64,000 bases of DNA, from the NCBI GenBank assembly GCA_963737155.1, contig CAVTRN010000002.1, forward strand, positions 1,056,001 through 1,120,000, in the 5' to 3' direction. This document shows, in pieces, positions 59,954 to 64,000 of the stretch. The notes beneath the pieces are model-generated. The model had not been told where the DNA came from and did no database searches. It saw only the letters and a list, made by a program, of their open reading frames with translations. Source of the stretch: Nitrospirota bacterium (lineage in GTDB: Bacteria; Nitrospirota; UBA9217). Both the position numbers and the translations under genes were made by a program. How positions within the stretch are numbered: position 1 is the stretch's first letter; every line of letters begins with the position of its first letter.

Positions 59954-61573
59954 ATGGCGAAACTTCCGAAACCAGAAGAATTAGCGAAAGTTGATTACAC
60001 GCTGCCGAAGACGGGCTGGATGGAAACGCCTGTCGTGTTTAAAGAGGGCATGTTCTGCCATGGGTCGAAGCCGAAAAGCCTCGAGATTGTCGGGTTCCCG
60101 AACCCGCGTGATTGGCGGCCAGCGGATGCGGACTGGAAGCTGCCTGAGAACTGGAAGGAAATCCTGATTAAGGGTATTGCGGACCGACTGAAAAAATACC
60201 GGTCCTTCCAGCTCTTCATGGACATCTGTGTACGCTGTGGCGCCTGTGCTGACAAGTGTCACTTCTTCATCGGTACCGGAGACCCGAAGAACATGCCGGT
60301 TCTCAGGGCCGAGCTTATCCGCTCGGTTTACCGTCAGGAATTCACGCTTGCCGGAAAAATTCTTGGTAAGATGGCAGGAGGGCGAGAACTGACGCTCGAC
60401 GTACTGAAGGAATGGTGGTACTACTTCTATCAGTGTACGGAATGTCGCCGCTGCTCGGTATTCTGTCCCTACGGCATCGACCAGGCCGAGATTACAATCA
60501 TTGGCCGGGAACTCCTCAATGAACTCGGCCTCAACATCGAGTGGATCGCCGGTCCCGTATCGAACTGCTATATGAAAGGTAATCATCTCGGTCTCGAACC
60601 GCACACGATTATCGGAAACCTGGAATATATGCTGGACGACATTGAGACTGTGACCGGGAAAAAGATCAAACCTACATTTAACAGAAAAGGCGCGGAGATT
60701 CTCTTTGTTACTCCGTCCGGCGATCTTTTCGCGGACCCGGGTACATACACTTGTATGGGTTACCTAATGCTGTTTGAGGAGCTCGGCCTTGATTATACTT
60801 GGAGCACCTACGCGTCAGAAGGCGGAAATTTCGGCTTCTTTACCACGAACGAGATGGCGAAGCGGCTCAATTCCAAAATATATGCCGAAGCCAAGCGTCT
60901 CGGCGTGAAGTGGATCTTAGGAGGAGAGTGCGGTCACATGTGGCGGGTGCTCTCACAATATATGGACACCTGGAACGGTCCGGCTGATTTTCTCGAAGTG
61001 CCGAAATCGCCGATCACTGGCACGGTCTTCGAACAGGCGAAGTCAATGAAGATGGTCCATGTTGCCGAGTTCACCGCCGACCTGATACGAAACAACAAGC
61101 TTAAACTCGATCCGAAGCGGAATGACCACCTCAAGGTTACGTGGCACGATTCCTGTAATACCGCGCGCGGTATGGGCCTGCTTGAAGAACCACGATACGT
61201 GCTCAAAAATGTGGTGAATCACTTCTACGAAATGCCGGAGGATACGATCCGCGAAAAGACTTTTTGTTGCGGCAGCGGCACAGGACTGAATGCGTCGGAA
61301 GACATGGATCTCCGCATGAAGGGCGGGTTCCCCCGCGCAAACGCCGTCAAGTTCGTGCAGGAGCATCACGGAGTTAACATGCTTGCCAATGTGTGCGCCA
61401 TTGACCGAGCGACGCTCAAGGCCCTCATGGATTACTGGGTGCCGAGCGTGGGGGTCTGTGGACTCCACGAATTGGTGGCGAACGCTCTCGTTATGACGGG
61501 CGAAAAGGAGAGGACGACCGACCTGCGCGGCGAACCCCTTCCATTAGCTGAAGTGAAGGAGGGAAAAGCCTAA
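59954..61573 (+). CDS. dsrK: DsrK (HdrD-like Fe-S catalytic subunit)
   Basis: CVRCGACADKC, CTECRRCSVFCP, GECGH, WHDSC, FCCG. Confidence 0.97.
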   Translation: MAKLPKPEELAKVDYTLPKTGWMETPVVFKEGMFCHGSKPKSLEIVGFPNPRDWRPADADWKLPENWKEILIKGIADRLKKYRSFQLFMDICVRCGACADKCHFFIGTGDPKNMPVLRAELIRSVYRQEFTLAGKILGKMAGGRELTLDVLKEWWYYFYQCTECRRCSVFCPYGIDQAEITIIGRELLNELGLNIEWIAGPVSNCYMKGNHLGLEPHTIIGNLEYMLDDIETVTGKKIKPTFNRKGAEILFVTPSGDLFADPGTYTCMGYLMLFEELGLDYTWSTYASEGGNFGFFTTNEMAKRLNSKIYAEAKRLGVKWILGGECGHMWRVLSQYMDTWNGPADFLEVPKSPITGTVFEQAKSMKMVHVAEFTADLIRNNKLKLDPKRNDHLKVTWHDSCNTARGMGLLEEPRYVLKNVVNHFYEMPEDTIREKTFCCGSGTGLNASEDMDLRMKGGFPRANAVKFVQEHHGVNMLANVCAIDRATLKALMDYWVPSVGVCGLHELVANALVMTGEKERTTDLRGEPLPLAEVKEGKA

Positions 61574-62001
61574 TGAAACTCTATGACGGAGGTAAAATAC
61601 TCATCGGGCTGGCGGTTTTCCTGGCGTTTGCCCTGTTCCCGTTCTACTACAATATAGGTAAAGTGAACGCCAAACCTGATCCGAAAACGGATACACCGGA
61701 AATCCAGGAGTGGGTAAAAGTTAACGGTAAAAAGGAATGCGTCGAATCGAAGGAGTTCATGCAAAGAGAGCACATGCAGCTTCTGAACAACTGGAGAGAC
61801 GCGGTTGTCCGCAATATGTACCGTGTCTATGTCAGCTCTTCAAGTGGCAAACAGTTCAATATGAGCCTCCAGAATGGGTGTTTGCATTGTCATTCGAACA
61901 AGAAACAGTTCTGCGACCAATGCCACAACTACCTGGCGGTCAATCCGTACTGCTTTGATTGTCATATCCAGCCGATGGAAAAGGAGGAGAACAAATCATG
62001 A
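61573..62001 (+). CDS. dsrJ: DsrJ triheme cytochrome c
   Basis: N-terminal TM, HMQLLNNWRD, three CxxCH motifs. Confidence 0.96.
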   Translation: MKLYDGGKILIGLAVFLAFALFPFYYNIGKVNAKPDPKTDTPEIQEWVKVNGKKECVESKEFMQREHMQLLNNWRDAVVRNMYRVYVSSSSGKQFNMSLQNGCLHCHSNKKQFCDQCHNYLAVNPYCFDCHIQPMEKEENKS

Positions 62002-62828
62002 GCCTGGACAGGAGACAATTTTTGAAGATTGCCGGTATCTCCTCCATTCTGGGGTTCGGCGCCTCGGTCGCGTCTGCAACGCATACGATCTGGGAAAAAG
62101 GTCTAGAGCCACCGCAAATTGAACCGAACAAAGATGCTTTGATTGCAACCCGGTGGGCTATGGTTGTTGATATGAGCAAGTTCAAGACCGATGAGGACAT
62201 CAAGAAGGTTACCAGCGCATGCCATCAGACACATAATGTCCCAGATTTCCGCAATCCTGACGGAACTGTGGACGAAAAATTCGAAATTAAGTGGATTTGG
62301 AAAGAACCTTACGACCGCACTTTCCCGGGCGCGGAAAACAAATTCATGAATGAACGTATAAAGGAAATGCCCTTTATCGTGCTCTGCAACCACTGCGACA
62401 ATCCGCCGTGCGTGCGGGTCTGCCCGACCAAGGCGACATTCAAGTTAACGAACGGAATCACCATGCAGGATGAGCACCGTTGTATCGGGTGCCGTTTCTG
62501 CATGGCCGCCTGCCCTTATGGATCGCGTAGCTTTAACTGGACCGATCCGCGCAAAGCGCTCAATCCGGCAACGGAAAACAAGGCATATCCCACAAGGACC
62601 AAGGGCGTAGTGGAGAAATGCACCTTCTGCTCTGAGCGACTTCAGTTTGGTAAAATTCCGGCCTGTGTAGAGGCTGCTCCTCAAGGCGCCATGTTTTTCG
62701 GGGATATAGAAGACCCCAATTCCGATGTCAGAAAAATCGTAACGACCCAACTTACTACCCGGCGCAAGCCGGATCTGGGGACCGGACCGGCAGTCTATTA
62801 TCTGATAGGAGGGAGCGACCATGCTTGA
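61998..62828 (+). CDS. dsrO: DsrO periplasmic Fe-S protein
   Basis: Tat motif DRRQFLK, CNHCDNPPCVRVCP, CIGCRFCMAACP, KCTFC. Confidence 0.95.
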   Translation: MSLDRRQFLKIAGISSILGFGASVASATHTIWEKGLEPPQIEPNKDALIATRWAMVVDMSKFKTDEDIKKVTSACHQTHNVPDFRNPDGTVDEKFEIKWIWKEPYDRTFPGAENKFMNERIKEMPFIVLCNHCDNPPCVRVCPTKATFKLTNGITMQDEHRCIGCRFCMAACPYGSRSFNWTDPRKALNPATENKAYPTRTKGVVEKCTFCSERLQFGKIPACVEAAPQGAMFFGDIEDPNSDVRKIVTTQLTTRRKPDLGTGPAVYYLIGGSDHA

Positions 62829-63993
62829 AAAGGCATTTGAGGGAGGAAAATCATACTGGGCATGGCTGATGTTTCTCGGCGCCCTTGCCCTGATCGGCGT
62901 TTACTATTATATTCAGCAGTTCCAATATGGGTTGGGTATCACCGGGATGAGCAGGGATGTCTCCTGGGGTCTGTATATAGGCCAGTTCACGTTCCTGGTC
63001 GGCGTCGCAGCTTCGGCTGTCATGCTGGTGATTCCCTACTATCTTCACGACTTTAAAAAGTTCGGGAAGATCGTGATTCTGGGAGAGTTTCTGGCCATCT
63101 CCGCGGTCATCATGTGCATTCTTTTCATCTTCGTGGATATGGGCCAGCCCATGAGAATCATGAACGTGGTATTGCATCCAACACCGAATTCGGTCATGTT
63201 CTGGGATTCCGTGGTGCTTTGCGGATATCTGTGCATCAATCTGCTGGTCGGATGGGTGACGCTCAGCGCGGACCGCAAAGGCATTGCACCGCCGAAGTGG
63301 ATCAAGTTCTTTATTTACCTTTCGATCCCCTGGGCGGTCAGTATCCATACTGTGACGGCGTTCCTTTATTCCGGTCTACCGGCGCGCGAGTTCTGGTTGA
63401 GTGCCGTCATGGCGGCGCGGTTCTTGGCATCGGCGTTCGCCGCCGGTCCGGCGCTGCTTATTGTTCTGGCGCTTATCGTGAGGAAGGTGTCCACATTTGA
63501 TCCAGGCAAAGAGCCTATCCAGGCGGTCGGCAAGATCGTAACGTATGCCATGTTCGCCAACGTATTTCTTCTGGGACTTGAGTTCTTTACGGCGTTCTAC
63601 AGCGGAATTCCCGGCCATTCGCTGCCCTTCAAGTACCTGTATGTCGGTCTTCAAGGCCATTCCGAGCTGGTTCCGCTCATGTGGACGTCGACGATTCTTG
63701 CAGTCCTGTCGCTGGTCTTGCTGGTATTCCCGCAACTGCGGAAGAAAGAAGGCCTGCTGGCATTTGCTTGTGTTTCACTTTTTATTTCACTCTGGATCGA
63801 TAAGGGTTTCGGCCTGATCATCGGCGGTTTTGAGCCGAATCCTTTCGAATATGTGCGTCCTTACTGGCCGACGATGCCGGAAGCGTTGATAACCCTCGGC
63901 GTCTGGGCCATCGGCATCCTTGTCCTGTCCATGCTGTATAAAATCGCTGTTTCCGTGCGAGAACGCATGGCTGGAATCGAGATTGAACATTAA
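62821..63993 (+). CDS. dsrP: DsrP (NrfD/PsrC family) membrane subunit
   Basis: GMSRDVSWGLYI, FLVGVAASAV, SIHTVTAF; about 10 TM helices. Confidence 0.96.
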   Translation: MLEKAFEGGKSYWAWLMFLGALALIGVYYYIQQFQYGLGITGMSRDVSWGLYIGQFTFLVGVAASAVMLVIPYYLHDFKKFGKIVILGEFLAISAVIMCILFIFVDMGQPMRIMNVVLHPTPNSVMFWDSVVLCGYLCINLLVGWVTLSADRKGIAPPKWIKFFIYLSIPWAVSIHTVTAFLYSGLPAREFWLSAVMAARFLASAFAAGPALLIVLALIVRKVSTFDPGKEPIQAVGKIVTYAMFANVFLLGLEFFTAFYSGIPGHSLPFKYLYVGLQGHSELVPLMWTSTILAVLSLVLLVFPQLRKKEGLLAFACVSLFISLWIDKGFGLIIGGFEPNPFEYVRPYWPTMPEALITLGVWAIGILVLSMLYKIAVSVRERMAGIEIEH

Positions 63994-64000
63994 AAAAAGG

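Noticed and set aside
1-64000. tRNA, rRNA, CRISPR arrays, prophage, intact transposases, selenocysteine read-through
   Set aside because: None recognised; the pseudogene internal stops are TAG/TAA and no SECIS-like context was evident.

Overview
This is a bacterial chromosomal window of moderate GC, mostly housekeeping genes. Gene content suggests a sulfur-cycling anaerobe such as Nitrospirota or Desulfobacterota (inference). Left part: an ECF sigma/anti-sigma/periplasmic trio, two DUF507 genes and rpsF-ssb-rpsR-DUF2232. Next is an aspartate-family amino-acid cluster (alaC-like, hom, apgM-like, lysC, cimA). It is interrupted by a complete ubiquitin-like sulfur-relay module: TusA, MoeB/E1, JAB/Mec peptidase, ThrC-like PLP enzyme, MoaD/CysO carrier ending GG-RC, and a NIL protein. 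Middle part: EF-G2, M16 peptidase, dut, mutL, miaA-hfq, mtnP, pfkB, a Tgl/PilF-like TPR with RodZ-like gene, copA, pepA, uvrB, uvrC, IMPase, an MglA-like GTPase, ispDF, cysE and osmC. Right part: a large dissimilatory sulfite reductase cluster, dsrAB-D-N-(Cys-rich orf)-C-ferredoxin-H-E-F-T-MKJOP, preceded by both sigma54-like and sigma70-like promoter motifs. Intergenic regions hold several unannotated relics: a palindrome-flanked IS200/IS605-like miniature element, the 3' end of a group IIC intron, and decayed GGDEF, M16 peptidase and rhodanese genes. No rRNA, tRNA or CRISPR array was seen. All family calls come from motif recognition, not database searches.
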